Below are positions 42,611 through 56,502 of a DNA stretch of 64,000 nucleotides, piece after piece (positions within the stretch are counted from its first letter, which is position 1; each line of letters starts with the position of its first letter). The stretch lies in the NCBI RefSeq assembly GCF_009914755.1, contig NC_060925.1; one strand, 5' to 3'. Below the pieces are notes generated by a model. The model was not told where the DNA came from, searched no databases, and was given only the letters and a program-made list of their open reading frames with translations. The DNA is from the human T2T-CHM13v2.0 reference genome, Homo sapiens. Both the position numbers and the translations under genes were made by a program.

Positions 42611-45600
42611 ATGGAGAGGTTTCTAATGGGCATGGTGCCACTGTAACAGATGGTCATGGGTGTAGACAGCCAGGAGAGGCCTATGAGCATCAAGGGACAT
42701 AAGGGCTAAAGGCAAGGCTGATCTGGAACCACCTAAACATCTACCTTTCCTGTATGAATTGAGAGAATATTTACTAATGGATTGACTGGAGTCTTTTTTT
42801 TTGTTCTTTAATCTAAACAACGGCTCTCTTGAGATTCCATACCTGAGCTGAGCAGGAATAAACTCTTGTACTTACTACCACTGCAGAGTTTTATATTTGG
42901 ACAATTGGATAGTACTTACATGTCCCATTAGCTAACAGGTTACATTTATAGTCAAATATATGTTATGCAATAGCAGCTTTATTTTAAGAAAAAAATATTT
43001 TAAATTGCTTATTTTGGTTTTCTTTTGTGAAACTGAAAATTATATAAGTCTATGGTTTAATTTCAGATAATGTCAATGTAAGAAGTAGATACCTAATAAA
43101 GCCTATATTATACTTTAGGCATTACTTTGATTATAGATTATCAGCTGAAAGTGAGTATAAATTTGGGTTATTTCTCACTTAACTATACAACTATACAGAT
43201 TCTGTGATAAAAAAGAAATCTTAAGAAGTAACCCTAAAATTAATATCAGGTAATAATGAAAACCTATCCACACTAATTCTATTTATTTTATTATAAAGAA
43301 TATTCTACCTAGATTATACTCCTTATCAAAATAGTTTATCTTAAATTTCTAGTTCTTTGGATGTTAACCACATAGTCTAATAGAAGCACTTAATTTCATA
43401 AAATGATGACTAAGAAAATGTAACAGACTTGCCTAAAACCCCACAAAAATATAAAGACAGAGCCAGGAGTCAATGTATAATCTGGAGTCATTTCTAATAA
43501 TTATTTCCTCTATTTTAGGGGCTCAGTGAAATTTATGGGTTGGGCAAAAAGTCTCTTCCCAACTTTTAAGACTATGATTATTGCTTCAGCTCTTGTTCCA
43601 TTTTTTGATTCATCTTATGAGTTTATTTTTATTCTATGTCAGTGCAGAGATAATACCTAGAGTGTTACAATGTTTCATTATAACAATACAAACTTACTGC
43701 CCTATTCTAATTTTTTTCTCTCTCTTTTGTTTTGTTTTATTTAACAAGTACACTCAAGAATCTAAAACTTTGCAGTGCCTTCAGATCAGTGTCATCACAC
43801 CAGTACCCATGGAAAGCCAGTATCTACAGCCCTTCCCTTCTGTCTCTCAGAGAGCCACAAGGAAATACATTTGATCTCAAAATGTTGTAAAACATCAGCA
43901 TCCATTCATTGTTTTCTTCTGAAGAGCAAGGACACTTAACGGATTTTTCTGTATTATTTTATGTGAGACAACGCGTTGAATGCTTTATTCTTTGTAATAA
44001 ATAAAATGCTTACCTGGTTCTTAAACTTCTCAATATTTTTTCTCCCTTCCTCCTCCTTCTCTTCTTCAAATAAATCACTTATTTTTCAATATTTGAAATG
44101 GTGAATGGTAAACCAAGACTTGAAGACAGAGCCAAAATTTACCTTGCAGAAATATACATCAGACCTTAAAATAGTATTTTTTTCAATATATCTTCCCATT
44201 TATTAATTGATATCTTTAAAAAATGTAAAAAAATTCAAATTATCTTGGATCCATGTGAGAGATACTTATGTGATATTTACCAACATTTCATATTAATATA
44301 GATATTTAGGTAATTTGTTGACTATTATATCACTTTGAGAGTTATTTATGCTTTTCTGTCTTGTCTCCTACCTCCAGCCCAACCTATATACATTAATATA
44401 TAAATAATTAGACTCTTAAAAAAGTAAAATTTTGCTAAGTCTACAGAACAATAGAAAATGAGAAGTGGGAATTCCATACAACAGAAATTTTCTGAATTCT
44501 TGTCTGTCCAGGCACAAAGCTCATTTCTGAGGTCTGCAATTCTCTCTATAAAATCCGTGTGCATTGTCAGACATCAGAACGGGTCCTGGATCCCTGTTGG
44601 CATATGTGGCAGAGTCATGGCCCTCTTCGTGCCACTGCAATTACCAGAAGAATCAATGGGCAGAATAATGTGCTGCCTTTTTCTCTAGGATTTCTTGCTG
44701 AGATGATTTAGGCAGTAGATTTCCCCAAAATCAATGAAGTTCTAGGTGATTTTTTTTTGTTTTTGTTTTGTTTTTGCTTTCTATGTTTGTTTTATGAAAC
44801 ACTCACTGTAAGTAATTTCTCTGCATCATTATATAAAATAAAAGGAAAATAATTAGGAAAGGTCAGATAGAATACTTTTTTTTTCATTTTAAATTCATTT
44901 CATTTAAAATGTATTCATTTAAATTAAGAATGGCCTAAGTTAAGAATCATTTTCCGTTTGTTTGAAGCAGGGAACAGTCATGTTGTAGTCCAAGAACTCT
45001 GACAGCAAATTTCAGGATGGCAAGGGCTGACCCTTTTTGCTGCGTCTAATGAGCTGGGAAGGCCTGAGTTGGCAGTGTTCATTCACATCCACCAGGGTCC
45101 TTTGCTGCAGGCTCTTTTGCCTTCCGTGAGGAAATGCAGAATCAGAGCCCCTGGGTACAGCGCACTTCTCAGCGCTGGGATTTTAAAAAGCAGATGTAAC
45201 CTGAAGAGGCTGATCATGCGGTGGATTTGTTTCTTCTAGGGAATATTCCAAGGGGCCTCTTAGCTTTGCCCGTGCTCAAGTGACAGTTTTCAGGTGATAT
45301 GGCCAAAAACCAAGGCAAGTAATCCGCCTTAGGCTGTGCATTGTCCCCAACCAGGCATTTCTCTCAAGAAGGACTCAGCCCATAAATCAGAGACAGAAAG
45401 TCTGTCTCAGAGGAGCGTGAAGGACCCATTGTCCGCAGCACTTGGCTGTTTGTTGAATGTGTGATTACAAGCTGGAAAAACGCAGCCCTTGCAGAGGCTC
45501 CAGTGCCTGAATTATATAACAGCGATTAATTAGGACAACCAAATTTCAAAGTTGTGAAAAAATGAACAAGTTTTTAGAATGAATGGGATTAATTTATGGT

Positions 45601-45863
45601 GTATAGTAGGAGTCTGTCTAATTGATGTACCCTTTAGACAAGTAAAATAATTAAAAGCCTATATATTCTACCAACTTCATGTGAATTTTTTCAATCAATT
45701 TCTGTAACTCCTTTTGGAACTAAATATAGCACATGCTTTTTAATATGACAAAATCTGCTAAGTGTACTAGATGCTTACTCTTACATAAAGAATTGAACTA
45801 AATAACAAAGTATAAGCATGGCTTCTAGTTTTAAAAATCCTCAAAAACTCGGATTTTGTTTTT

Positions 45864-45888
45864 GTGTGTGTGTGTGTGTGTGTCTGTG
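45864..45888. repeat. (TG)n microsatellite
   Basis: Visible dinucleotide run. Confidence 0.9.
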
Positions 45889-46472
45889 TATGAAAACACT
45901 TTCCTCTTTCTCAGGTAAGGTTGAAAGAAGATACTTTGGTGTTACATTGAAATGATAGCCACCTTCACAATGAGTTACTTGGTGATTTAAAAATTTTCTC
46001 TTCAGAAATGTCATCATGTTTATTGAAAATTCCAGAGAATGTGCTGAATGTAGAAAATAATAATGAATAAAAAAGTCTTCATTGATAAGGCATATAATAA
46101 AGCATAATCTTTTAAAAGTTACCTTTCACTTTCTGGCTTAGAATAATTATAAATATATATAGAATTTAGATTGAGGTAATCAACAATACTGGATCATTTC
46201 CTCCAAGGGAAGGCATTTTAAAGAGGTGAAATGAACTGTCTGGTAATATTTTGGAGTGTTTATGAGAACAAACAGTAGCTTGAAATAAACAAATTCTGTG
46301 AACAGAATACTATTGTTATTCTATTGACTCATTATTTAATAAAATTCAGCTATATATTATAAGAGTGTAAGTGCAGAAAAATCGATAACACAGATTAGGA
46401 CTAAAATATTTCAGGTTCTGAGTGTGACTGCTACGTGTAATGTGCATTTTTTGAAAATAACTACAATCCATA

Positions 46473-46597
46473 TTTTTTTTTTCTTTTTGAGATGGGGTCT
46501 CACTCTGCTGCCCAGCTCTGGAGTGTAGTGGTGCTATCTCGGCTCGCTGCAAGCTCCGCCTCCCGGATTCACGCCATTCTCCTGCCTCAGCCGGGCC
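46473..46597 (-). mobile_element. AluY 3' fragment (truncated or internally deleted)
   Basis: Y-type gcaagctccgcctcccgg and cacgccattctcc; degenerate TSD caatccatattttt (46464-46477) / caatacatcttttt (46598-46611). Confidence 0.88.
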
Positions 46598-46849
46598 CAA
46601 TACATCTTTTTACTAGTCTTTACATACTTTCTTAAGTAAAACTTTACACACATCCCTTTCAAACCTAAGTTGCCTTCTGTCTGTGTGTTTTGCATTGTTC
46701 ACGTCAAGTATATACATAGGGAATGAAATTAAGTGTTCACTTCTCTTTTCATTGTCCTTGTTTGTAACTTATAACTGTGAATCAGTCCATGGTAATAAAT
46801 AACTTGCATTGAATATTTGTGTGCATGCCTGCTATTCTGCTAAGTGCTC

Positions 46850-47205
46850 TGATATGGTTTGGCTGTGTCCCCACCCATATCCACCTTTGAATTGTAATAA
46901 TCCCCACGTGTCAAGGGCAGAGTCAGGTGGAGATAATTGAATCATGGAGGCTGTTTTCTCTGTACTGTTCTCATGGTAGTGAATAAGTCTCACGAGATCT
47001 GATGGTTTTATAAATGGGAGTTCCCCTACACAAGCTCTGTTGCCTCCTACCATGTAAGACGTCCCTTTGCTCTTCCTTCATCTTCCATCATGATTGTGCA
47101 GCCTCCCCAACCATGTGGAACTGTGAGTCCATTAAACCTCTTTCCTTTATAAATTACCCAATCTCAGGTATGTCTTTATCAGCAGCTTGAGAACAGAATT
47201 ATACA
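46850..47205 (+). mobile_element. THE1B/C solo LTR (MaLR)
   Basis: tgatatggtttggctgtgtccccaccc...attaaacctctttcctttataaattaccca...ataca; 5-bp TSD tgctc/tgctt. Confidence 0.95.
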
Positions 47206-47239
47206 TGCTTTCTCTTCAATACCTCTCAACACTACATCT

Positions 47240-48170
47240 TGGTAGGCAGTCACATGATTAAATCTAAAGTCCTCACCACAGCTTATATGAATGGTCTGAA
47301 CTGTTTCTCGCATTTTGTTTCCCATCTTCTTCTTTTCACTCACTCTTCTCTTGTCACAAATGCTTCTTTTCCATTTGCAGAGCATGCTAAATATGAAATA
47401 GCCTCAGGGCCTTTGCGCATGCTGTTGTCTCTATCTAGAATGCTTGACCATTAGTTGGAACCATGACTCATTTTTCTCACTTCATTCATGTCTCTAGTCA
47501 AAAGTTACCCTCTCAGGGTAAGTAAGGTAATAGTACCTTACTTACTCTATCAACTTACTGTGGTTTTTTGTTTGTTTGTTTGTTTTGCTTAATTGCAAAT
47601 ATCACCATAGAATATTACATTAGATACTAATTCAGTCCTTTAGTAAATAGGTAACAAACAGCTGATACATACCAGGCACTGTTCTAAGATCTTGGGATAT
47701 GGCAGATGGCAAAATAGACAAATGTCCCTGGGCTCATGCAGTTTACAGTTTAGTGAGAAAGATGAAACATAAAGATAAATAAGTAAAAGACGTGGTGTAT
47801 TAGAAAAAAAATAGGACTAACACTTGAAAACTAATAGAACAGGAAAGGGAATATGAACTGTGATGAGGGTGGGATTTAAATTTAAAGTAGGTAACCAGTG
47901 AAGGTGACTTTTAAACAAGAATTTGAATGGTGAGAGGGAGCTAACTCTTCAGATTTCTGTGGGAAGAAAATTCCAGGAAGAAGACAGCACATGCACATGC
48001 ACTATGCAGGTAGGAGAAGACGGGTATCATTAGTCTGTCAGTTTATTATGTGTCCCCTACTACCAGAATGGAAGCTCCATTGCAACGGGTATTTTATTTG
48101 TGTGGTTTACAACTAAATCCTTATAGCCTAGAATAGAAATCTCTGAATAAATATGTTTGAATGCATTAAA
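47240..48170. mobile_element. L2 fragments in both orientations
   Basis: gcctcagggcctttgcgcatgctgtt (plus); accaggcactgttctaag...gtccctgggctcatgcagtttacagtttagtg (minus); ccagaatggaagctccat...aataaatatgtttgaatg (plus). Confidence 0.7.
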
Positions 48171-48179
48171 CAAATTAAT

Positions 48180-48700
48180 TATTCTCAGTTTACCAATGAG
48201 GAAATTGACACACATTTAACTAATTTGCCCAGAGTACCACGGTGGTAAGTAGTGGGCTTAATATTTGAATTTGAAAAAAAAAATACATGTATATATGTAT
48301 ACCACCACAATCTGTGTTCTAATTAATATCTTCTGCTGTTACGGTAGCTTCCAGTTCTCTCGGAAAGTAAGAACATGTTGTGGGTAGATTAAATGACTGA
48401 ACTGGTAATCACGGAAGACAAATCACTATTCTGGATATTTTTATTCCCAATTTTAATTTAGATTCAGAAAGGTTACATGAGGTAACGTCCAGAAGTTCTC
48501 AAGGTTAAGGCCAGAACCATCTGAATCAAAGGCTCATGTGATCACTGCTATAGAGACTGGCAAGTCATAGATAGTTAGTCATGATTGTATAATTTATTAC
48601 TGTATGACTTTGGGCAGTATTCTTTCTTTGTGCTTCAGTTTCCTTAGCCACAAAATGAAAAGATTGGGCTAGATAACCCCTAAATCTTTTTTTCTCTTTT
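48180..48700. mobile_element. Two MIR fragments (about 48180-48275 minus; about 48590-48690 plus)
   Basis: aatgaggaaattgacaca...tttgcccagagt; tgtatgactttgggcag...gcttcagtttccttagccacaaaatg. Confidence 0.65.
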
Positions 48701-49133
48701 TATGGTATCGTATCTTTAAATATTAAGTCCCCAAAAACACTCTGGAAAGGTTTGAATAGTTCTTATCTACCAAAGAGATGAGTAGACATTATCTGTGAAG
48801 AGAAACAGACAAGGCACGTGAGAAAAAAAGGGTTATTAAGGGGGGCAACTTGGTATAACAATTCATATGTTAGAAAAAGAGCACATAAATATTAGACTGG
48901 TGTCACTGAAAAACAAAGTGAGTAGAGGGAGAAGAAGGATGTTTGAAGCTGCTAAATTTTCTGGGCTCAGAATATGAACAACTTTTAATACCATGGAAGG
49001 GAGTGTGGACCTGATTCTGTGGGCAGCAGAATGTCTAGACAATTGCAACACAAAGTTATCTGAGTTGTATATATTTTACATGGTCAGTGATACATCTACT
49101 GTATGGGTTACAGTAAAAGTTAATCAGCTTCTA

Positions 49134-49135
49134 AT

Positions 49136-49178
<43 letters not shown>

Positions 49179-49466
49179 TGTTTTGAGACAGGAGCTCACT
49201 CTGTTTCCCAGGCTGAAGTGCAGTGGTGTGACCACAGCTCATTGCAGCCTTGACCTCCCTGACTCAAGCAATTATCTGGCCTCAGTCTCCCAAGTAGCTG
49301 AGACCACAAGCACATGGCATGACGCCCAGCTAATTTTTGTATTTTTTTGTAGAGATAGGTTCGCCCTATGTTGTCCAGGCTGGTTTTGAACTCCTGGGCT
49401 CAAACAATCCTCCTGTTTCAGCCTCCCAAAGTGCTGGAATTAAGGTGTGAGCCACTGCACCCAGCC
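49134..49466 (-). mobile_element. AluJ with a (TTTA)n tail
   Basis: gaactcctgggctcaaacaatcctcc; TSD aatcagctt / aatcagttt. Confidence 0.92.
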
Positions 49467-52400
49467 AATCAGTTTGTTATTTTAAAATATTTTCAACTTG
49501 ATTTGAATTGTGACAAGTGAAGGTGGAGAAGCAAGAGACAGAGTTTAAAAATTTATTGGAATAAATTATAAAGGTGTAAAAATAACTTTGGGAGGCCTTC
49601 CTTCCTCCCCTCTACTTTCTATCCTGTATTGGGTCTTTGTAGACTGTAAGGCGTGGGGTTCCTGCTCTCACGCAGCCTATCACAGCATAGACAAGAGCAT
49701 TATGTAAACAACACAGAAACTCATTCCCCAAATCACTTACAAGGTGTAAAGTTAAAAAAAAAATTCTAAATCGAATGAGGTGAAATTTAGAGTTTTTAAA
49801 AGGCTATGTGGACATGTAATGGCAATTGAAGAGAAGAGTTGTAGGGTTTATCTAAGTAGTTAGTTCAATGGTCAAGAAAATAAAGAACAATGAAAGTTGC
49901 AGTTGCCTGTCCTCCCACACATTTATTTTTTCCCTCCTTTCTTTTCCCTTCCTCCTCACACTTATTTATGCTTTGCATAGCCATCTGTGTAAAAATCTCA
50001 AAAAGCTTCCTTTAGAGACTGTGATTCACCAGTCATTGCACAGTATTGCATTTCTTGATGACTCACATGTTGAGTAACCCATGTGCACCCTTCATTTTTA
50101 ACTGGAGATGTGTCTTTCCTCTAGAGTTGTTGAATATCATTTGTAAGGTCAGTTGCACATTAGTTCCTCTACCACAGAAGCCATAGGAAAAAAATCAATA
50201 CATAGTTTCCAGCAACACCATATAAAATGCAGTACGGAAATTTAGTAGAAATCCACTTCAAAACAGATAAGTCAAAAAGAAAAAAATGTAAAATGCAAAT
50301 GCAAAGAAGTAATGTCTAGACTTTGACCATATTGGACAATTTCAGGTACTTTCAAATCTAAAATTTTGAGTTAATTCTTAAGTATATTTAGTTAAATTTA
50401 AATTTAACTACGTTAAGCCAAACCACATTACCAACATAAAATAATGACTTCATTCTAGAAACAACTGTAGTGCCTATCAATATACTGTATTCAAACATGA
50501 AATTAATTGCATATGATAGTGATTGTTTCTAAAAAGCAAACGAATTATTGCACTGATGGTTTTGATTTGTATGTATATATGTAATTTTATATTATATATG
50601 TATATATTTTAGTAATATGCATATGTATCTATTTTTTAAATTATATAATTGCCTTGCTTTAAGTAGTATGTATTTTTAGAAGTGAACTAATAAGTCAATA
50701 TGCTTTATTTTCCTTTTCCAAACAGATCCTCATATTCTGAGCAATGACAACCACAGACACCTGTATTATTTCCCCACTTTGTTCTTTTTCTTTCTTTGTT
50801 TACTTGACTGCCTTCCATATTTTTAAATCGAAGCCTTTATTTATTCACCTGCCTTCATAATATTTTAGAATATATGTCTTGGTTGCCTCCAAACTGTTCA
50901 AGTTTTTAAAACATTTTGGGTCTCACATTTTGTGTATATTTTTACAGTAAATATTTTGAAGTGGGAGGAAGAGTATCATATAAAAGAATGGCCACTTCCC
51001 AAACTTTAAGGCAAATTGATCTTGGAGAAGTATTTTCTCATAGTCAGAATGCAGCTCTTCCAAAATAAATGACTATATCAGTGCTCAATGGCAGCAGGCT
51101 TCTTACAAAATTGATGTCTGAGAGATAACTATTTCTATTTTATGTGGAAAAACTTCAATGCAATTAGTTGTTCCATGATAAGAAAAACAAAGTTTATTCA
51201 TTTAAATGATGAAGACATGAAGACAAATAACCATTCTCATTCAGAAATAAAATTGTGTTGTACTAATATTTCAAAATGTTTGCATTTTTAAATTAATGTT
51301 CATATCCAAATTACGTTTCTCTTTTTTCTAGTCAACTCTATTTTAGTTGTATCTGAAAATATTTTAGCATTATTACCAACTACTTTTTACCAACAAAATG
51401 TTTTGTCCTTTATTTCAGCTTTAAGGAATCATTAAGCTCCATTTTGTTTTGCGCTAATGAAATAAAAATGTTGGAGGAAGTGAAATCAATTTAATAAAAG
51501 CAAAATGAATCTAAAATTGTATGCTCTAGGAGACAGGCACTATATGAGCATTGATAAGAGCTTGTTATAGCATAGGTATTACTGATAGGTTTAGAATATA
51601 GATCTCTTTAGTTGAAAATGAAGCCCAGTAGTTGTAAAGGTGATAAACACTCTTGTAACAACAAAGATGTAATAGTATTGCGTTTTTTTAAGAGAAATAC
51701 AGGAAGGGGTTCTGGGACTTTTTTAAAAGAGTACCATTCATATTTTATGAATTATTATGTGAACTATTATTTATTTCATAGTTCCACATTTAAAAATTAA
51801 CAGTGCCTTTTGCTCCTTCTTTTTGGAAATAATTATGATGAAAGGAGCAAAGATATTTTGATGAAGTGACTACAGGGTGAAATTTTCAGGCCACATAAAG
51901 AGAAGGATAAATTCACTACACCTGTGCTTGTTCTTTTTGCATGAGCCTGTGGAAATGATAGTCCAGTTCTTTGACATGAAACTAGATTAACCCAAAGGAT
52001 AATGAGTAGTTACCTTTAGGGGATTTCCCTCATGTGTTAAGGCATGAATGATACTTCTATTCACTAAAATTCAAAAAGAACTAAACTACAAACAGTCCTC
52101 ATGATAATTACTGAACTTTTCCATGCCTAGATAAGCACTTTGGAAGATACCAAAGTGTATTATTATCTAGAGTTACTCATAAAGATGAGTTTAGGTGGCA
52201 ACCCCTGAAAGATCTGGATTTGAAGCACCTAAACAATTCCTACCCTATCAGTTCAGGACAAGAAGGATTTGTATCTAAGCTCAAAAATATGTTTAGTACC
52301 ACAAAAGCATTAATGCTCCCTATGACTATATTGAAGGAGATTTCTGCAGTAATTCTTAAGGTCCATGGGTCTGGATGTTTGAGAACTTTTCCCAAACTCA

Positions 52401-52619
52401 TCAAATCTAAATGTGATGCTCAGTCCCCTGATTAAAGCAATATGGCATAGGGCAAGTTATATACTTAACTTAATATTTAAAATATGCATTCAGTATACAC
52501 AGTTAATATTTCATTGCCTGGGATAAAATACTCTATGTTAATATCAGTAAAAACTAAATGGTGGTCATGGGTTGCACAGGTTATGGAAAAAGTATACATT
52601 AAAAACCAGAAGATTTGAG

Positions 52620-52900
52620 ATATTATTATACCACTTATCAGCTATGAAATCCTAAGGTAATTATTTAATATCTCAAAGATCTGTTTCTCAAGAGTAAACG
52701 AACAGCTGCCAACTCTGCTATCTACTTCATGGTGTTTTGGTGAGGATTCATTTAGCTAAGAAAGGCAGAATCTATAGTGGATGAAATGCATTTTGATACC
52801 AGGAAGACTAAAGTTTGAACTTTGATACTGCCACTTTTTAATTGAAGGGCCTTGTACACTTTACCTCTCAAAATGTGTTTCATCACCTGTAAAATGGTCA
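52620..52900 (+). mobile_element. MIR fragments
   Basis: ccacttatcagctatga...tttggtgaggatt; tttcatcacctgtaaaatgg. Confidence 0.55.
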
Positions 52901-52927
52901 AGAAAGAGTTGAGCCAGACTGACTTGA

Positions 52928-52942
52928 CTATCTATCTGTCTG

Positions 52943-52989
<47 letters not shown>

Positions 52990-53025
52990 GTCATTTATCT
53001 ATCTGTCTATTGGCTTATCTATCAA
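52928..53025. repeat. (TCTA)n / (TCTG)n tetranucleotide STR
   Basis: Visible run of about 11 TCTA units with TCTG variants. Confidence 0.95.
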
Positions 53026-53367
53026 ATAATCATCTGATTGTATTGGCAAATATTAATGAAGTAGAATAAAGTATTTTTTGATTAGTATTCCATGCAAATG
53101 TATCCCATTATTAAGTGGAGTAGCATGAAAAAAAGTGTTTATAAAATCTGCTATTCAAATTAGTAACTTTGTGTCTATACTTAAAATTCTAATGGTTTCA
53201 TATTATTGAAATTAGAATATAGCAATTTGGATACTGTATCAATAACACTTGTTCATTTTTAGAAAATTAAATGCATTCAAGTAACAAAAATATTGTAAAA
53301 GAAAATATATAAAACGTGTATTGTCTCTATCCTTCCTTCTGCCAATCTAAAGAAAGTATTCTCAGGG

Positions 53368-53649
53368 TGTTTTGTTTTGTGACAAGGTCCAGCTCTATTC
53401 CCCAGGCTGGAGAGCAGTGGTGCGATCTCGGATCACTGCAACCTCTGTCTCATAGGTTCAAGTGATTCTCCCACCTCAGCCTTCTGAGTAGCTGGGACTC
53501 CAGGCACATGCCACCATGCCCTGTGGTGTATTTTGTATTTATTGTAGAGACAGGGTTTTGTCATATTGCCCAGGCTGGAGCTCAAGCGATTCACCTGCCT
53601 CAGCCTCTCAAATTGCTGGGATTACAGGCATAAGCCACCATGCCCGGCC
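53368..53649 (-). mobile_element. Alu (J or old S)
   Basis: Reverse dimer with a small internal deletion; tctcagggt / tctcagagt flanks. Confidence 0.9.
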
Positions 53650-53724
53650 AGTCTCAGAGTTTTCTTTTAACACCTAGGATGGCAACTGCCCAGGATGATA
53701 ACGAATGGGAGTTCTTAAAAATCT

Positions 53725-53929
53725 TCATAGCTAAAAATAATTGAAAGCAAAGACTAAAAAAGATATTTGTATACGTCTGTTCAAATAAACAGTATTTACA
53801 ATTACCAGAAGGTGGAAGCAACCCACTGCTCTCTGTTCATCAATGGTTGAATGGATAAATGAAATGTGATATACATATATAAAAATCTTATGATTATATA
53901 TATAATATCTTCTGATTTTATATCTATAT

Positions 53930-53960
<31 letters not shown>

Positions 53961-54349
53961 AATGGAATACTACTCAGCCTTAATGAAGAATATTCTGCTA
54001 CAATATGGATGAAACTTGAAGACATTATGCTAAGTGAAATAAGTCAGTCACAAAAAGACAAATATTACATGGTTTCACTTACATGAAACAACTAGAGTAG
54101 TCAAATTTATAAAGACAGAAAGTAATATGGTGGTTGACAGGAGATAGAAAGAGGCAGGATAGGTGTTAGGTGTTATTGTATACTGAGTACAGAGTTTTAG
54201 TTTGAAAAGGTAAATAATAGAAGAGGTAGAGATGATCGATGGTGATTTTGCACAATGATGTGAATTTACTTAATGCCCCTGAACTGTACACTTAAAATGG
54301 TTAAAATTGTTAAATTTATATCATGTACATTTTACCACAATAATAAAAA
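53725..54349 (+). mobile_element. Old L1 3' end (L1MB-like)
   Basis: gacattatgctaagtgaaataagtcagtcacaaaaagacaaata; gaactgtacacttaaaatggttaaaat...ttttaccacaataataaaa. Confidence 0.85.
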
Positions 54350-54859
54350 TCTATCTAGTAATTTTCTGTACAATTCTCTACTTTCTTATACTTATGATTG
54401 TAATTATAATCTTCAGGTTTGGTGTTAATATTTAGTATTTCCAAAAGTGGTTTGAAAAGGGTATGGGAAGAAAAATGAAATGGGTCATTTTTGCATTGGC
54501 TCAGTCCTTTAATTTTGATCTCCATTTTCTGAGTTTAAAATAAATTTGTTTAATTAATATTAAGATAACCAAAATGGATTCTGGCTTTGCTTCCTCTTCT
54601 AGATAATAGATTTGGAGAGAATGGTTGTTGATTGGTTTAGCAAGGCAGGTATTTTATAAAACCACTCAAGTAGCTACTTATACATAGAATTGATGCCTGT
54701 GTATAAATAATACTTGTAAAAATGATGAAAGTATTTAATATTAGAAAATATTTAGGTCTTTTAAAAGGAAGCTTGTCTAGTTTTATATTAATATCATAAT
54801 ATGCTTCATATATATTCATTAGAGTTTTAAAGTTTTACCTTCCACATATATACCCTTAA

Positions 54860-55530
54860 TCCATCCACAAACCTATGACTCAGAAATTTCTATTCTAGTA
54901 CATACTTTAGAGCATTTATTGCCCATGTGCACCAAGAGATGCATACAAGAATACTTGCTGCAACAGCTTGCTTAATTCCAAAGCAGATAACAATTTAGAT
55001 GTCCAAAAAGGAGGACAAAAAATAAATTAAGAATGCTTACATAATTTAATACTATACCCCAAGGAATAAAATGAACCTAAAACTATATGCAACAATGTAG
55101 ATGACAATTAGAAACATATTTTGACTGAAGAAAAGCCAGTAATAGTAGGAATATGTACAAAATATTACCATTTTTGTAAAGCTCAAACCAAGCTAAACTT
55201 TCATTTGAAAAGGTAACCCTGAAATTCAGGAGGATGGAGAACCATCGTGAAAACCTGTGTAGGTGATGCGCTGCACACTTTAAGGGGAATTGTTCATATC
55301 AGAACTGTATGTAAGGGTAGGCATTCCCTAGATTTGTAAAGTACACAACCTGCACAACTGTACGTGGAGACTTTGATAATAGTAACCTCTGAGGGAGAGA
55401 AGGCAGAGAAGTACAGAGGTTGCTTTATCAATTTTGATGCTGCTCTAGTTCTTAAATTGGATAACAGATTTACAAGTGTTCGTTATATTGCACATAGTCT
55501 TTAGTATTTATCAAATAACATATTTCCAGA
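54860..55530 (+). mobile_element. Very old L1 3' end (L1ME-like)
   Basis: cctatgactcagaaatttctattctag, catgtgcaccaagagatgcatacaagaat, ttaccatttttgtaaagctcaaa. Confidence 0.65.
55237..55375. mobile_element. MER91-like hAT MITE nested in the L1
   Basis: Decayed palindrome: tgtgtaggtgatgcgctgcacac...gtacacaacctgcacaactgtacgtgg. Confidence 0.6.
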
Positions 55531-56502
55531 AATAATTCTGGGAATTATCCTAGTGTTGTAGGGTAGAAGAGAATGGGGATATAAAATTAACTATTTTCCA
55601 CACAAAGAAAAGTGTTCTTTCTACTCTATTCTTTTGCCTCTGAAAACCACGATTTTTTTTGCTCCCAATAAGAAAAAAAAAGTATTTTAATGAAAATATT
55701 GCATCATATGTTCCCACTTAGCTACACAATATTCTGACAATAATTTCTTATTTGACAATGATTTCTTATCAAATGTCAGCCAAGTATGGAGACATCCAAT
55801 CCTAATTCAATGAGAAAGTGTTATAATAAATTATCCCCATTCTCAATAAATACCTTCTGCATTTTTTACCTGATTCCTCAGCTAAGTAAAATATGTCAAA
55901 GGTTCCTTGGCATTTCCAGATTTAGAAAAAGACTTTACACCTCAAATCTGTTATGTTTCCAGTAGCCCCCTTTATTTCTACCCTATATGTGGCAAATAGA
56001 AGATGTGATTTTCTACACAAAAATAATAGGTATAAAAGTCAGTCAAAATCAGAATCAATATATTGTAATGGTTGGCTTTTTCCAAAACAGATATACATAT
56101 TCTCATAAATATTCTCCGTTGATTTTATCTAAGATAGTGTCACTTTAAAGAAATGCCTCCCATGGGCATGTTAAAATCACTTATCCTCAACAAGCATATT
56201 GCATCTCAATCTTAAAATGAACATGTGATTTAAAAATTCATTATATTTTCAAGTTATTTAAATCTACTCTTAAAAATGCATGAAACTCCCTGTTGTATTC
56301 TGAAGCATGAAAGCAAAGTTATCCATCAGTTACTAATCTAGCATATGCTCCTGAAAAAAAATGTTTTACTTTTTCAAATGGCTGTAACTACTTATCAATA
56401 TATATAATATTGGATATCAGGAAGGTGTAGGTTAATTGTGTATTCCTGATTATATCTATTTTTGAGAAAAAGCTCATTGATTCTGTAGAAAATGTAACAT
56501 CT

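Noticed and set aside
42385-42702. Charged or Phe/Ser/Leu-rich ORFs here and at 3253-3559
   Set aside because: Artefacts of GA-rich simple repeats that lack stop codons.
55237-55375. MER91-like palindromes (also near 62017-62119) as additional miRNA hairpins
   Set aside because: The arms are too decayed to give a Drosha-type stem by inspection.
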